A stretch of 64,000 bases of DNA from an uncultured delta proteobacterium (GTDB lineage: Bacteria > Desulfobacterota > Binatia > UBA9968): NCBI GenBank assembly GCA_963737905.1, contig CAVTUQ010000002.1:640001-704000 (forward strand). The letters run 5' to 3'. The position numbers and the translations under genes were made by a program. Of this stretch, positions 28,969 through 38,415 are shown one piece after another. Below the pieces are notes generated by a model that had not been told where the DNA came from, searched no databases, and saw nothing but the letters and a program-made list of their open reading frames with translations. The stretch's first letter is position 1, and every line of letters starts with the position of its first letter.

Positions 28969-30261
28969 TCAACTTTGGCTTTCTTCCGCCGCCCATTCAT
29001 CAAAGGCCGCGATGGTCTTACGTAAGTCCGCTGCAGTATGAGCAAATGACAGGAAGGCTGCCTCAAAGGGCGCTGGAGGCATGTAAATCCCCCGTTTCAA
29101 CATGCCGTGAAAAAATCTTGCGAATTGTTCCCGGTCACACTTTCTCGCTTCGGCAGCATTCCGAACCGTACCGACACCAAAGAAAATCGTCATCATGGAC
29201 CCGATCCGGTTAATCGTGGCGCGCATCCGGTATTTTCTCAATACTTTTCCGAACCCCTCTTGCAATGTCTCCCCGCGGGTCTCCAAAGCCTTATAGATTC
29301 CCGGACGCGAAAGCAATGTCAACGTCGTTAACCCGGCGGCCACGGCAAGCGGGTTACCTGAGAGTGTCCCGGCCTGGTAAACGGGTCCCTCGGGAGCAAG
29401 TAGATCCATAATCTCTCGCCTGCCGCCAAAAGCGGCCAATGGAAGCCCTCCACCTAAAATTTTTCCCAAACAGGTTAGATCGGGTCGAATTCCATAACAC
29501 CCTTGAGCACCACCGAGAGCGATGCGGAAACCCGTAATCACTTCGTCAAATATTAACAGCGCGCCGTAACTGCGCGTTATCATTCTCAAGAACTTTAGAA
29601 ATCCCGGCGACGGAGGAATAACTCCCATGTTCCCACAAATCGGTTCGACAATCACCGCCGCGATATTCTTTGCTTGACTATTGAAGACTCTTTCCACCGA
29701 GTCAGGATCGTTAAATGTTGCGACCAGGGTTTCCCGGGCGAATCCTTTTGGGACGCCGGGACTATCAGGCAAGCCCAGTGTTGCGACTCCTGATCCGGCT
29801 TTGACTAAGAGCCCATCAACGTGGCCGTGGTAGCAGCCATCGAACTTAACGATCTTAGTCCGACCCGTATAGGCCCGCGCCAAGCGTATGGCGCTCATCG
29901 CCGCTTCTGTACCTGAACTCACCAATCGCATCTTTTGGATGGATGGAACAAGTCGACAGACAGTTTCCGCGAGTTTGACTTCCCTTTCCGTGGGCGCGCC
30001 GAGGGTCGTTCCTTTTTTCGCGACTTGTTCGAGGTGACGTAAGACGGTCTCGTTCGCATGCCCCAAAATCAACGGTCCCCACGATCCCACAAAATCGATG
30101 TACCGCTTGCCGTCAACGTCGGTAATATGTGAGCCTTTCCCCGAGCGGAGAAATTTCGGGCCGCCGCCCACAGCTTTCCACGCTCGTACCGGACTGTTGA
30201 CGCCGCCAGGAATTCTTTCCGCAGCACGTTCGTAAAGTTGCGTTGACCTGCTCGTCGCCAT
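28969..30261 (-). CDS. hemL: Glutamate-1-semialdehyde 2,1-aminomutase
   Basis: PGGVNSPVRA, SWGPLILGH, SSGTEA, FDEVITGFR, LGKILGGG, YQAGTLSGNP. Start at ATG 30261. Confidence 0.96.
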   Translation of the reverse strand: MATSRSTQLYERAAERIPGGVNSPVRAWKAVGGGPKFLRSGKGSHITDVDGKRYIDFVGSWGPLILGHANETVLRHLEQVAKKGTTLGAPTEREVKLAETVCRLVPSIQKMRLVSSGTEAAMSAIRLARAYTGRTKIVKFDGCYHGHVDGLLVKAGSGVATLGLPDSPGVPKGFARETLVATFNDPDSVERVFNSQAKNIAAVIVEPICGNMGVIPPSPGFLKFLRMITRSYGALLIFDEVITGFRIALGGAQGCYGIRPDLTCLGKILGGGLPLAAFGGRREIMDLLAPEGPVYQAGTLSGNPLAVAAGLTTLTLLSRPGIYKALETRGETLQEGFGKVLRKYRMRATINRIGSMMTIFFGVGTVRNAAEARKCDREQFARFFHGMLKRGIYMPPAPFEAAFLSFAHTAADLRKTIAAFDEWAAEESQS

Positions 30262-30572
30262 GAGTGAAGTTCTCGTAACATCAGGGTTGCAGACTGTCAA
30301 GGTAACTGAAAACAACAAAGAAAAATTTTTATTCAACTTTTTTCTTGCAAACAAATCTGAAAAGGATTATGAAAATTTCTTCTGGAATCTCGTGCGATAA
30401 ATTTTTGTTGCGCTCGCACTCAAGCCGATGTTCCAAAAATTTTCTACGGTACTTGTTCATAGAAGAACTGCGGAAAGTCGCTTTTAGCAAACCAAAACTA
30501 TTGGCGCACAATTTTGTTGATATCTGTGTTGCTTACACGCGGTAAACGATGAATTTGACGCGTATTTTTGAG

Positions 30573-30592
30573 TTATCCACAGCTGTGGATAA
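30573..30592. promoter_or_regulatory. Inverted pair of perfect DnaA boxes upstream of dnaA
   Basis: TTATCCACA-gc-TGTGGATAA. Confidence 0.9.
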
Positions 30593-30663
30593 TATTGTTC
30601 GTAAGTCTTTGGGAGAGGGTTTCTCCAGCAACGTTTTAATCAGTTAAGAAATTGGTGTTGATC

Positions 30664-32001
30664 ATGGATGCTTTGTGGGAAGGAGCGCTCCCGGAACTTA
30701 GAGAGCAGCTCGGCAAACAAAATTTTGAAGCGTGGATCAAGCCCATCCGTTTTAATGAACAAAAAGGTAACGAAATACGGCTTGATGTTCCAAACAAGTT
30801 CTTTCGCGATTGGCTGACGGATCACTTTATGGCGTCGATCGAGCAAGTATTGAGCTCCATTGCGCGTCACGAAGTAAAGGTCAGCTTGACCGTCAACGAG
30901 AACTTGCAAACTAGAGACGGGCCGTTAAGAGGCGAAAGAAAGATCGATCGGGAGCATGACAGGCCGCCACGTACAAGCAATAACCTCATCGCCAAATACA
31001 CGTTTGAAAATTTTGTTATCGGTGCAAGCAACCAATTTGCCCACGCTGCTTCAATGGCAGTGGCTAACCAACCGGGCGAGCATTACAACCCTCTTTTCAT
31101 TTATGGTGGAGTTGGGCTGGGAAAAACTCACCTGGTTAATGCTATTGGTCACCGGGCTAGTGCTAGACGTCCAAGCCTGAAGGTTGTTTATCTGAGTTCT
31201 GAATCATTCATGAACGAGCTTATCGGCTCACTCAGAAGAGATAAGATGGATGAGTTCAAAACGAAATTCAGAAATGTCGACCTGCTTATTTTGGATGACG
31301 TCCAATTTATTGCCGGGAAGGAGAGAACCCAGGAAGAGTTCTTTCACACCTTCAACTCTCTCTATGAGTCCCACAAGCAGATCGTCATCACCTCGGATAA
31401 GTTTCCCAAAGAGATTCCAGGGTTAGAAGATCGACTGCGGAATCGATTTGAATGGGGGCTGATAGCGGACATTCAGCCACCGGATGTGGAAACGAGAGTC
31501 GCAATTCTGCAGAAAAAGGCCGAGACCGAAGCTGTTCAGCTGCCCCACGACGTTGCCATTTTCTTAGCCGCTAATATCGACTCTAACGTCAGGGAGTTGG
31601 AAGGTTCTCTTACTCGCTTGGGTGCCTTCGCGTCATTGACAAAATCAATCATTACCGTCGATCTTGCAAAAGAGGTCCTACGAAATACATTAAAGGGAGC
31701 ACAACGGGAAGTCACTGTCGAAGGTATTCAAAAAACGATCTGTGATTACTACAACATAAAGCTAGGCGACCTGAAGGCGAAAAGGCGTACCAAAAACATA
31801 GCCTTCCCTAGGCAAGTGGCAATGTATCTATGTCGCAAGTATACTGAGACGTCTTTCCCGGCAATCGGCGACAAATTCGGGGGCCGCGATCATTCCACCG
31901 TAATCCACGCCTCCAAAACCATTGAGAAAAAGATAAAAGAAGACCCCTACATGCAAACAACCATCGAGAAGCTCGAGAGAAACCTTAACGTCAAGAAATA
32001 G
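30664..32001 (+). CDS. dnaA: Chromosomal replication initiator DnaA
   Basis: YTFENFVIG, YNPLFIYGGVGLGKTHL, LDDVQF, SNVRELEG, FGGRDHSTVIHA. Confidence 0.98.
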   Translation: MDALWEGALPELREQLGKQNFEAWIKPIRFNEQKGNEIRLDVPNKFFRDWLTDHFMASIEQVLSSIARHEVKVSLTVNENLQTRDGPLRGERKIDREHDRPPRTSNNLIAKYTFENFVIGASNQFAHAASMAVANQPGEHYNPLFIYGGVGLGKTHLVNAIGHRASARRPSLKVVYLSSESFMNELIGSLRRDKMDEFKTKFRNVDLLILDDVQFIAGKERTQEEFFHTFNSLYESHKQIVITSDKFPKEIPGLEDRLRNRFEWGLIADIQPPDVETRVAILQKKAETEAVQLPHDVAIFLAANIDSNVRELEGSLTRLGAFASLTKSIITVDLAKEVLRNTLKGAQREVTVEGIQKTICDYYNIKLGDLKAKRRTKNIAFPRQVAMYLCRKYTETSFPAIGDKFGGRDHSTVIHASKTIEKKIKEDPYMQTTIEKLERNLNVKK

Positions 32002-32221
32002 CTGTGGATATCCTGTGGCCATTTATGGCATTCTAAGTGGGCAACGTGGTTGCTAGAGCGGCCTTGACGGTCTTAGTCGCGATACCGGGAAAAAACATCG
32101 GTGTAAGCCACAGGCAAGATTATTGAAATTTCAGCGCAATATCGACTTTTCCCGTTTATCCACAGCCTCTACTAGTACTTCTTAATTACTTTATATTATA
32201 TAGTTATAGGTAGGAGGTAGT
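32002..32221. other. Replication origin unwinding region (oriC between dnaA and dnaN)
   Basis: DnaA boxes TGTGGATAT (32003-32011) and TTATCCACA (32156-32164), then GCC, the trio-like tract TCTACTAGTACTTCT and an AT-rich stretch. Confidence 0.85.
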
Positions 32222-33328
32222 ATGGAAATTAAAGCTAAGCGAGGAGATCTTCTCGCCACGCTTTATTGGACGCAAAGCATTGTCGAGCGTCGAAATACAA
32301 TGCCTATCTTGGCAAATGTCCTGATAGAAGCTCAAAAGAACGATATCCGTATTACGGCTACTGACCTAGAAGTTGGCGTCAGAGGCCGAGTCGATGGTGA
32401 AGTCATAAAAGAGGGAACGGTCACCGTAAACGCAAAGAAGCTTTATGAGATCATTCGAGAAGTACCGAACGAGCAAGTCCAATTGAAACGACTGGAAAAT
32501 GAATGGGTAGAGATCCGGAGCGGTAAATCGGTATTCAAAATTGTTGGAATGGAGGCACGAGAGTTTCCACAATTCCCTAAGTTTGATAGCAAAGGACTAT
32601 CAACGACTCCCGCATCCACCCTGCGCGAGATGATAGAGCGAACCATTTTTTCCGTCTCAACAGATGAGACCCGTTACAGTCTGAACGGTGTCTTTGTTGA
32701 AGAGAGCGAGAAGGGGAAAGTGAGAATGGTGGCAACGGATGGCCATCGTCTAGCTTTTGATGAGCGGAATTTGAGCTCGTTGGGGTTGACCAAAGGGGTG
32801 ATCTTGCCACGCAAAGGGCTGGCTGAGCTTAAAAAACTCCTTGAAACTGGTGAAGATGGAGTGGTTTCCATGGGTTTTAAGGAAAACATGGGATTGGCTA
32901 TCAAAGACAACGTAGAGCTATTTATGCGGCTCATTGAGGGCGACTTTCCCGATTATACAAAAGTGATCCCGAAGGGGAACCCTAACACCGTAAAGATCGT
33001 GCACAACGAGTTTTTGCAAGCGATACGCCGGGTGTCGATTTTGTCCAGTGAGCGCTACAAAGGAATCAAGCTCGAATTTAACGAAGACAAGGTTTCAATA
33101 TCTGCGAATAATCCTGATTTGGGAGAAGCGGTGGAAGAGCTGGAGGCAGAATACAAGGGGAAATCGGTGGCTATTGGATTTAATGCGCGTTATCTAATTG
33201 ACGTGCTTGGGGTCTTGGGAGGGGATGGGGATATCGAGATCGAGTTGAAGGATGAGCTGAGTCCGAGCATCATTCGTAAAGCTGGAGACGACGGCTATAT
33301 TTACGTGCTGATGCCTATGCGTCTTTAA
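32222..33328 (+). CDS. dnaN: DNA polymerase III beta sliding clamp
   Basis: ATDLEVG, TRYSLNGV, VATDGHRL, GDFPDY, GFNARYL, VLMPMRL. Confidence 0.98.
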   Translation: MEIKAKRGDLLATLYWTQSIVERRNTMPILANVLIEAQKNDIRITATDLEVGVRGRVDGEVIKEGTVTVNAKKLYEIIREVPNEQVQLKRLENEWVEIRSGKSVFKIVGMEAREFPQFPKFDSKGLSTTPASTLREMIERTIFSVSTDETRYSLNGVFVEESEKGKVRMVATDGHRLAFDERNLSSLGLTKGVILPRKGLAELKKLLETGEDGVVSMGFKENMGLAIKDNVELFMRLIEGDFPDYTKVIPKGNPNTVKIVHNEFLQAIRRVSILSSERYKGIKLEFNEDKVSISANNPDLGEAVEELEAEYKGKSVAIGFNARYLIDVLGVLGGDGDIEIELKDELSPSIIRKAGDDGYIYVLMPMRL

Positions 33329-33362
33329 GAAAGTCCTTGTGAGTCATCAATCCAATGCTGCT

Positions 33363-34226
33363 TTAAGTCCGGTATCTCTGATCTAGAGAATATTTCTCTT
33401 CAAGTCCAACGATTTCATTGAAGTCATCGAACGGCATGAGCCTGTCGAGTATCTTTGTAGTCGAGCCGTCGCGTCGCAATGTTGAATACACGTCTGTCAA
33501 TGATTTAGCGACCGAGTACAACGGAGCAAGAGGCCAGACAATAAGATCGAAACCCAATTCTTTCAATTCTTGCGGGCTCATTAGAGGGGTGACCCCGCGC
33601 TCCAGCATGTTTGCAACCAGGGGTCCAGGCACGTGACTGGCTATTTCCTTCATCTCGTCTTTACTTTCAGGCGCTTCCAAGAAAACAGCGTCGGCTCCGG
33701 CTTCCTTGAAAGCAATTCCACGGGTAATAGCTTCTGTTAAACCGAGGGCCTGACGGGAGTCCGTTCGAGCAACAATATAGAAGTCATGGTCGTTTCTCGC
33801 CTCAATCGCAGCGCGTAGTTTCTTCAACTGCTCATCCAGAGGAATCACCTGTTTTCCCTTCATATGACCGCAACGCTTGGGCCATATCTGGTCCTCTAGG
33901 AACATTCCGGCGGCACCGGCACGGATGAGGTCGTTAACGGTCCTGATGACGTTTATAGCGTTGCCATAACCCGTATCCGCGTCTACAATGACCGGAGTAT
34001 CGACAACGGAGCAAATCCTTTGGGCTGCGGTAACAACTTCGGTTTGGGTGAGGAGACCGAAGTCGGGCTCACCCAGTAACGTGGCGGAAAGACTGTAGCC
34101 GGTAATAAAAATCACTTCGAAGCCCGCCCGCGCAGCAATCTTGGCACTCAATGCATCGAAGACGCCGGGCATAACCAGCTGCCCTTTTTCAGTCAAATAT
34201 CGACGAACTAGCTTTGCCTTGTCCAT
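33363..34226 (-). CDS. Isocitrate lyase/PEP mutase family enzyme (methylisocitrate/dimethylmalate lyase-like)
   Basis: DADTGYG, LEDQIWPKRCGH, ARTD, AGADAVF. Confidence 0.88.
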   Translation of the reverse strand: MDKAKLVRRYLTEKGQLVMPGVFDALSAKIAARAGFEVIFITGYSLSATLLGEPDFGLLTQTEVVTAAQRICSVVDTPVIVDADTGYGNAINVIRTVNDLIRAGAAGMFLEDQIWPKRCGHMKGKQVIPLDEQLKKLRAAIEARNDHDFYIVARTDSRQALGLTEAITRGIAFKEAGADAVFLEAPESKDEMKEIASHVPGPLVANMLERGVTPLMSPQELKELGFDLIVWPLAPLYSVAKSLTDVYSTLRRDGSTTKILDRLMPFDDFNEIVGLEEKYSLDQRYRT

Positions 34227-34296
34227 AAGGCTCCCCCGTTAGCGAAGTTGCTGCTCATGGCTAAACGCAAGCCGAGAGCAATGAATAGATTCGGTA

Positions 34297-34659
34297 TTAT
34301 CTCCCGGGTGACCGGCCGAAACCCCGCTGATGTGTGCTGGGTTCGGGTTTGGGCGATGCACGCAAGAGTTTTGCAGACTTGAGTCCTAGGATGTCGTCCC
34401 CATAGCGCGATTTGTTCAGGTGATCGTAGCGAGCCTTGATTCTCTGACGTATTTGATGCCGCTTGGCCATGTCGTTTTTGGCCATTTTGAGTTCCTCGAG
34501 ATCGAGAGAGACCGCGGTTTCATGGACGCGTAGTTTTAAGTGGAGCGTGAATCGTGTGCCTTCACTCTCACGTGCTGTGTAGTCGATTTTTTTATTGATG
34601 CTGCGAATTATGTCGCGCAAAAGCGTTTCTTCTTCCTGGTAGACACCTTTCCCAAACAT
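34297..34659 (-). CDS. Hypothetical basic protein
   Basis: Open frame with a GGAGGAG ribosome-binding site; no recognisable motif. Confidence 0.6.
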   Translation of the reverse strand: MFGKGVYQEEETLLRDIIRSINKKIDYTARESEGTRFTLHLKLRVHETAVSLDLEELKMAKNDMAKRHQIRQRIKARYDHLNKSRYGDDILGLKSAKLLRASPKPEPSTHQRGFGRSPGR

Positions 34660-34682
34660 GATCTTCTCCTCCAGTAAGAACA

Positions 34683-34915
34683 TCACAATCGCGAGCGAAA
34701 TCCCTGTCGCGAAGGACCTCCGTCTCCATGGTTACGAATGTCCGTCGTGTTAAGGAATAGCTCGTCAAGAGACATTTTTCTACCCAGCAATCCCTGCTCC
34801 TGGGAATAGTGAATCAAAGTTTCCAGGTTCTTTCGGTTGCTGTCCCCGAGATCATAAGCGCGCGAATGATCTCATAATCTCCACATGCTAGCGTGAGGTG
34901 CACTTGCTTACCCAT
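34683..34915 (-). pseudogene. Internally deleted remnant of a 4,5-dihydroxyphthalate-decarboxylase-like / ABC substrate-binding gene
   Basis: By hand translation, the family N-terminus MGKQVHLTLACGDYEIIRAL is joined out of frame to the family C-terminus AYDLGDSNRKNLETLIHYSQEQGLLGRKMSLDELF. Confidence 0.7.
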
Positions 34916-35041
34916 GGAGCCTATCTAACACGGTTTCTAAACATTGCCAATGAATCCCAGGCTATATTGAGTTACGTAACTCCGTCTGGTACGCCATTTG
35001 TGTTAAATAATCCGACCCGAGACAATAAACGGAGGTTCATG

Positions 35042-36025
35042 ATGGAGAAACCGAACACAATGATCTGGTTCCTTCTAACGCTTGTGATTTCGACGGCTCC
35101 AGCTTTGGCGCAGAATAAGGTGCGCATCAACTGGACAGCGGTCACTGGAGCCCAAAGCGGTATGTTTATGGCCAAACAGGAAGGACTGTTTAAAAAGCAT
35201 GGTTTGGACGTGGAGTTGCTCCATATCCCTTCAAGTTCTCGAGCGATTCAAGCCATACTCGCAGGGGAGATTGCTATTTCCTTCATGGACGGTTCAAACG
35301 CCGTGCAAGCCAACTTGAAGGGAGCGAACTTGGCCCTCGTTGCCGGCGCGACGAACCGCATGGTCTTCTCGCTCATGGCGAAGCCAGAAATAAGGTTGGT
35401 CAGCGGTCTGCGCGGTAAGAAGATCGGTATCACACGGATCGGCTCCTCGACCCATACATCTGCACTGTTTGCCCTGAGCCAGGCCGGTCTGAAGCCTTCG
35501 GACTATCAGATCCTCCCCCTGGTTGAAGTGCCCAATATCTTGACTGCGTTGGCAGCAGGTCAGATCGATGCCGGAGTAGTCTCCCCACCCACCAACAGCA
35601 GGGCGCGCAAGGCTGGATTCAGGGAACTGGTTAATTTGGCTAGGGAGGGGCCGGAGTATGTATCGGTAGCGGTGGGTACAAGCCGGACTTACATGACTGC
35701 CAACGAGGATATCGTCCGGCGCGTTGTTCGTTCTTATACGGAGGGCGTCTACATGTTCAAAAGCAACAAGGCGGTTGCCCTAAAGATGATTGAAAGCCAG
35801 CTGCGAGTGAAAGATATTGATATTCAGGAGGACACTTATAATCAATTTCGTCAGTATCTGGAATACCCACCGTATGTTACCCGTAAAGCTATGGAGGCGG
35901 TCCTGGTAGAGCTAGGCGACAAGGATCTTGCAGCCAGAGCAGCCAAACCAGACGATTTTATCGATATGCGCTTTATCGTAGAGCTTGAAAAAGAGGGCTT
36001 CTTCAAGAAGTTCGCCGTAAAATAG
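35042..36025 (+). CDS. ABC transporter substrate-binding protein (NitT/TauT/SsuA-like)
   Basis: Signal peptide ending APALA|Q; GLFKKHGLDVEL; LRGKKIGITRIGSST. Confidence 0.85.
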   Translation: MEKPNTMIWFLLTLVISTAPALAQNKVRINWTAVTGAQSGMFMAKQEGLFKKHGLDVELLHIPSSSRAIQAILAGEIAISFMDGSNAVQANLKGANLALVAGATNRMVFSLMAKPEIRLVSGLRGKKIGITRIGSSTHTSALFALSQAGLKPSDYQILPLVEVPNILTALAAGQIDAGVVSPPTNSRARKAGFRELVNLAREGPEYVSVAVGTSRTYMTANEDIVRRVVRSYTEGVYMFKSNKAVALKMIESQLRVKDIDIQEDTYNQFRQYLEYPPYVTRKAMEAVLVELGDKDLAARAAKPDDFIDMRFIVELEKEGFFKKFAVK

Positions 36026-36067
36026 CCCCCGGCCCTACCGGTGTCACAAACAACAGAGCCAGCCCGA

Positions 36068-36775
36068 CTAGCCTGTGCTTTTGCGGAATTTTTTGACCCG
36101 ACGAACAAAGTAATCCCACATCGAGCCCAATCGATGTGGCGTGTATATCTGCTCGTATTTGACCCTCGCTTCCTCTTCGCTGGTCCAGGACGGATCACCG
36201 CAAGCGAGAGCCATCAACTGGATGCGCGCCGCCTTCTCAAGAAATATGGCGTAAAGGGTTGCCACCTCGATGCTCTCGCCTACTACTGTGGAGCCATGAT
36301 TTTTCATTAGCAGGCCACGGCATTTGCCAAGGCTTTTCGCTACTTCCTTCCCTAGCTCCGCCGACCGAATGAGCGCCGTTGTGTAATCAAATAGCGGCAG
36401 GCCATCGTGGAAGATGTTGCCTTCATGGCTGATGGGCCGGAGCGGCTGCCCGAGCGCGCCGAAGGTAGTGGCATATGGCGGATGCGAGTGGACGACACAG
36501 TTCACGTCGGAGCGCGCCTTATAGATCTCCGTATGGATAAAGACCTCGGAGTGACGCTCATACTTGCCCTCGACCTTTTTGCCGTTAAAATCCACGACGA
36601 TAATGTGTTGGGGGCGGATCTCTTCGAAACCAAAACTATGCGGCTTCATCAAGATACGATCCTGTCCGGGAATCCGCACGGAAACATGGCCTAGAATGTT
36701 ATCCCAATGGCCCTCGTAGGCGAGGATATTACAGGAATACGCCAGCGTTTCTTTTAGTTCCTTGATGCTCGGCAT
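36068..36775 (-). CDS. Class II aldolase/adducin family protein
   Basis: GHVSVR, HSEVFIHTEIY, VVHSHPP, LMKNHG. Confidence 0.88.
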   Translation of the reverse strand: MPSIKELKETLAYSCNILAYEGHWDNILGHVSVRIPGQDRILMKPHSFGFEEIRPQHIIVVDFNGKKVEGKYERHSEVFIHTEIYKARSDVNCVVHSHPPYATTFGALGQPLRPISHEGNIFHDGLPLFDYTTALIRSAELGKEVAKSLGKCRGLLMKNHGSTVVGESIEVATLYAIFLEKAARIQLMALACGDPSWTSEEEARVKYEQIYTPHRLGSMWDYFVRRVKKFRKSTG

Positions 36776-36806
36776 TGTCTCTCCCTATTTGCGTGCGGTT
36801 TATGCT

Positions 36807-38350
36807 TTAGCCTTGCGTCCGCAGTCGGAATCTTTGGATTTTTCCGGTGACCGTCTTTGGCAGGTCGTCCACAAACTCCACCCAGCGGGGATATTTATAG
36901 GGCGCGAGTTTGCTCTTTACGTGGGACTGAAGGTCGGTTTGTAACTGGGCGCTTGCCGTGAACTCGCTCTTCAATAAGACGTACGCTTTGGGTTTGAGCA
37001 ATCCATCAGCGTCCTGGCCGCCTATGACAGCGGCCTCCAGCACGGCTGGATGCTCCATCAGGGTATTTTCGATTTCTATGGGCGAGACCCAAAGGCCGCC
37101 AACTTTAAGCATGTCATCGGACCGGCCGCAGTACCAATAATAGCCCTCAGCATCCCGGTAGTAGGTGTCGCCGGTCTTGAGCCATTCACCCTGCATCATT
37201 TTCTTCGTCTGCTCGTGCTTGTTCCAGTAGTAGGGCGCATTAGCATCACCCTTGACCATGAGATTTCCCACTTCGCCCACCGGTACCTCGCGACCCTCGT
37301 CGTCAACGATTTTCGCTTCAAAGGCAGGTGTCACTTCGCCGCTGCTTCCCGCCTTGGCCCTTCCTGGCCGATTGGCAAGAAAGTCGTGAGTTGCCTCGGT
37401 GGAGCCTACCACGTCCAAAAGCTCGACGCCGAAGCGATCCTTCCATTGATGAAACAGGGCAGGCGGCAGAGGTTCGCCAGAGGAGAGACAGACGCGCAGC
37501 GAGCTCAAATCGTACTTTCTTTCTACCCGCAGGAAGCGAGCGAAAAGGGTCGGTACGGAAAAAAAGAAAGTGGGCTGATATTTCTCGATGACCTGAAGAA
37601 TTTTTTCGGGATCGGGTTTTTCGGGCCAGAGAACCGTTGTGGCGCCGAAGCGGAACGGGAAATAGAGCGAATTGCCCAAGCCGTAGGAGAAAAACATCTT
37701 GGAAGCTGAGAAGCATAAATCGGTTTCGTTCATTTTAAGTATCGGCTTCACGAACAAGTCGCTGATCGTGATCATGTCGTGCTGAAGATGAACGGCGCCC
37801 TTCGGCGCGCCCGTGCTGCCTGACGTGTAGGCCCAGAAGCCTACATCGTCTTTGCTCGTCTTTTCGGCCTCAAGTTGATCGGAAGCTTTATCGATAAGGC
37901 CCTCGAAGGAAAGCGCTTTTCCGATCGGCTTGCCGACGACGATGATATGTTTAAGAAAGCGGGTGCCGTCCCAGATCTTTTTGATTTCAGGAAGAACCGA
38001 TTCATGAGCGATGATCGCCCGCGCGCGACTATCATTTAGCAGGTAGTCATAATCTTTGGCGGCCATCCAGGGATTAGTGGGAATCGGCACGGCGCCGATC
38101 TTGATGGCGCCAAAAAAACTAAAAGCGAATTCAGGTGAGTCCGGCAATACCAATAAACACCCGGTGCTCGATCTCCACACCTAGTTCTTTGAGGGCGTTG
38201 CCGGTTCGGTTAACTTTCTCGAAGACTTCCTGGTAGGTGATCTTTCTGATCCTGATAATAGATCGCCGTGCGTTGACCACGTCCCTCGGCGATATTATCG
38301 TCCACAAAGGTCGTGGTGGCATTGTAAATATCAGGCAGGTCGACGTTCAT
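36807..38350 (-). pseudogene. Benzoate-CoA ligase family protein with two +1 frameshifts near the 5' end
   Basis: Three segments in different frames: MNVDLPDIYNATTTFVDDNIAEGRG...QDQK | ITYQEVFEKVNRTGNALKELGVEIEHRV | LLVLPDSPEF. Downstream motifs YTSGSTGAPKG, KMFFSYGLGN, GSTE, LPKTVTGKIQRF. The extra bases are in short runs at about 38244 and 38156. Confidence 0.8.
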
Positions 38351-38367
38351 GGATATTTTATACGCGT

Positions 38368-38413
38368 CGAGAATGGAGGATCGCGATCCTCCATCCTCGA
38401 TCTTCTATCCTCG
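38368..38413. repeat. Heptamer (ATCCTCN) repeat array with a perfect 22-bp palindrome
   Basis: ATGGAGGATCGCGATCCTCCAT (38373-38394); the right arm continues as ATCCTCC ATCCTCG ATCTTCT ATCCTCG. Confidence 0.75.
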
Positions 38414-38415
38414 CT

